This document shows positions 61,446 through 64,000 of a stretch of 64,000 bases of DNA, piece by piece. The notes below the pieces were generated by a model. It did not search any database, was not told the origin of the DNA, and was given only the letters and a program-made list of their open reading frames with translations. Position numbers and translations under genes: made by a program. Positions within the stretch are counted from its first letter, which is position 1, and each line of letters opens with the position of its first letter. Source of the stretch: Octopus vulgaris (lineage: Eukaryota); assembly GCA_951406725.2 (NCBI GenBank), contig OX597824.1, forward strand, positions 87,854,001 through 87,918,000, read 5' to 3'.

Positions 61446-63239
61446 CAACAATATTACACTAGTCTTAACAACATCAATGCTTTGAATTATCTGGTATCAA
61501 ACAATTCTCGTTTCTTGACACCAACCAGATTAAGCTCTGTAATGATTATAACTACATTAAATATGCTATCAACACAACCAGTAAAGAAATTCAGTCTATG
61601 TAGTCGCCGAAGGCAGGGTGGTCATAAGACACCGGCAGAATACATTAACCAGTTACTTGTATGCAGTGTCATCTTAAGAGACAGGAACACCAGGCAGTTG
61701 CCTGTGGACTTCATGGGTTTAGGGACCCAGTTCTGATCTACGAAGGCTGTGGTTTTCTGTCAATAAATATATATGACAGGGCTCCATGGCATTAATTTGC
61801 TGTCAATAATTAAATACAAAAGGGCCCAGTGTAATTTGTCTAAGATCCCAATTCTGATAAATAAAGAAATATCAACATCAATGGAAATTGTAGCTGAGCT
61901 ACCAGTGCCGATGGCACGTAAGAGAGCCGTTGCCAGCCTCGTCTGCCCCGTGCCGGCGGCATGTAAAAAGCACCATCCGATTGTGGCCGTTGCCAGCCTC
62001 GTCTGGCACCTGTGCAGGTGGCACGTAAAAAGCACCCACTACACTCACGGAGTGGTTGGCGTTAGGAAGGGCATCCAGCCGTAGAAACACTGCCAAATCA
62101 GACTGGGCCTGACACAGCCTTCTTGCTTCCCAGACCCTAGTTGAACCGTCCAACCCATGCCAGCATGGAAAACGGGCATTAAACGATGATGATGATGATG
62201 ATAGGACCCAGTGCATTGATTTGCACAGGGGGCATCAATGTTGAAATGACCCAATTCTGACCTATGTATGCTGTAACTTTCTGTCAGTAAATACTACAGG
62301 GCCCCAGTGTACTGATTTGCTCAGGAACCTTGTGGGCTTAGGGCCCCAATCCTGATCCATGCATGCTGTGGCTTGCCATCAGTAAATAAATACAAAAGGG
62401 CACAATGCATTGATTTGCCAAGGATGGGGTGGTGGTAGTGATAATGCTGCTAAGACAGCCCTGCTTTATGTTATGTATTTGCTCAAACAGAACTGGTGGG
62501 GCACTTATTAGTATTCAAAATCAATTTTAAAACAACCAACAAGTAAACGTTCATAAAGCGATTGTTGATTCAGTTAGTAAAATTTTACCAAATGCTGAAG
62601 TAATGGCTGAAAGTTTGAAAACCTATGACATATTTTTCAATATACTGCTGAAAAGTTAATTGAACAAACGGTCCTGATGGAGGGTTCTGATAAGCTATAT
62701 CTGCCGTTCCCTTTGTGCTATAGTTTGAACTGTGCTTATTGTATTCATTCACTAAGTATTACAACAGTAAGGAATGGTATTTTGTTTGTTCCTTCTCAAA
62801 CCATGCCTGCCTCATAAGGGCCAGTTTCCTTGGCATATAGGTTCCCCTATATGGACGGGTCGTCGGTCCGTCGCAGATGAGCTGCACAATGCAGGAGGAA
62901 AGAGTGAGAGAAAATTATGGCGAAAGAGTCAGCAGAAGTTCACCATTACCTTCTGCTGGAGCTGCATGGAGCTTAGGTGTTTCGCTCATAAACACACACA
63001 TGGCCCGGTCTGAGATTCGAACCCTCGACCGCGAGTCCGCTGTTCTAACCACTAGGCCATGTGCCTCCTAAGGAATGGTATATAACTATGAAATATGCTT
63101 TTTGATATTCCCACAAATTAAACTTGAAAAATTAAATAAATTACTTTTCTTTTGTGCAGTTTATATATGTATTTATGTGTGAGAGAGAGAGCGGGAGATA
63201 ATCTTTTTGATTTGATATACTGATTACAATTTGTTTTAG

Positions 63240-63306
63240 GTACATATCATAAAGCCGCTTCTTCCCCGTTTCTCAAATCTTGTGGAAGCCACTACAGACA
63301 ATGGAG
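63240..63306 (+). CDS. TARBP1: TARBP1 second coding exon
   Basis: ttgttttag acceptor, G|GTATGT donor; VHIIKPLLPRFSNLVEATTDNG matches human IHVIKPVLPKLNNLFE. Confidence 0.87.
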
Positions 63307-63774
63307 GTATGTAGCTTGTTGATGTATGCTATGCTGTGTTGATTCTGTTTCATGGGCAAAGACAAGTTTAGTACTTATAACTAGGGAATTCTTTTTTCTT
63401 CTCTTACATAAACACACGATCAGATTCCTTTCTTCTTGACGCCCATTCCATTTCTCACTTCTTAGGGAGACTGCTTCCGAACATGCATTTCTGAGAAAGA
63501 GAGATTGGCTAAAATGCAGAATATAAGAAATTTAAGTGTTTTACATAGGAAGGGCATCCAGCTGTAGAAACACTGCCAGATCAGACTGGAGTCTGGTGCA
63601 GCCTCCTCGCTTCCCAGACCCCGGTCTTAGGCTCCTTTAGATATACTGAAGTGATTTTTAAAAAAATAAACTCTTACAGTTTGTATACCTCAGAATTATA
63701 AATTTCTTTTTCCTGAAGAGCAAGGTTCAATTTCCCAGTTTTCTACTTTTGGCAATAATTACATGTTATAACAC

Positions 63775-63974
63775 AGAGAGGACAAACAAGGAGAGACAAA
63801 GGTATTAAGTCGATTACATCCACCCCAGTGCGTAACTGGTACTTAATTTATCGACCCCGAAAGGATGAAAGGCAAAGTCAACCTCGGCAGAATTTGAACT
63901 CAGAGCGTAACGACAGACGAAATACCACTAAGCATTTCGCCCGGTGTACTAACGATTCTGCCAGCTCGCCGCCT
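63775..63974 (-). mobile_element. SINE family B
   Basis: Matches family B consensus. Confidence 0.85.
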
Positions 63975-64000
63975 TACACACACAAATATATATCCATAAC

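Overview
AT-rich, repeat-dense animal genomic DNA. The SINE, microsatellite and Penelope content suggests an Octopus (cephalopod) genome, which is an inference. Six protein-coding loci are supported: FBXL5 (minus strand, first two coding exons, hemerythrin iron-sensor domain) head-to-head with an intronless SPMIP1/ATP6V1FNB-like gene; an orphan 168-aa acidic two-TM protein; an RDH11/12/13-type short-chain dehydrogenase whose whole CDS is in one exon; a three-exon pogo (DD35D)-transposase-derived gene with its third catalytic Asp replaced by Thr; and the first two coding exons of TARBP1. The remainder is tRNA-derived SINEs, RTE/CRE/Penelope/Gypsy relics, non-autonomous Helitrons, Tc1/mariner, piggyBac, hAT and Mutator-like MITEs, and simple repeats. 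Most notable are several distinct families of minimal type-I hammerhead ribozyme motifs (one with an intact GUC site at 27438-27528), the domesticated intron-containing pogo gene, and an RDH whole-ORF exon bracketed by splice sites and inverted SINEs (circRNA-prone layout). All homology calls are by eye from recalled motifs; no database searches were run, and repeat boundaries are approximate unless TSDs or TIRs are quoted.
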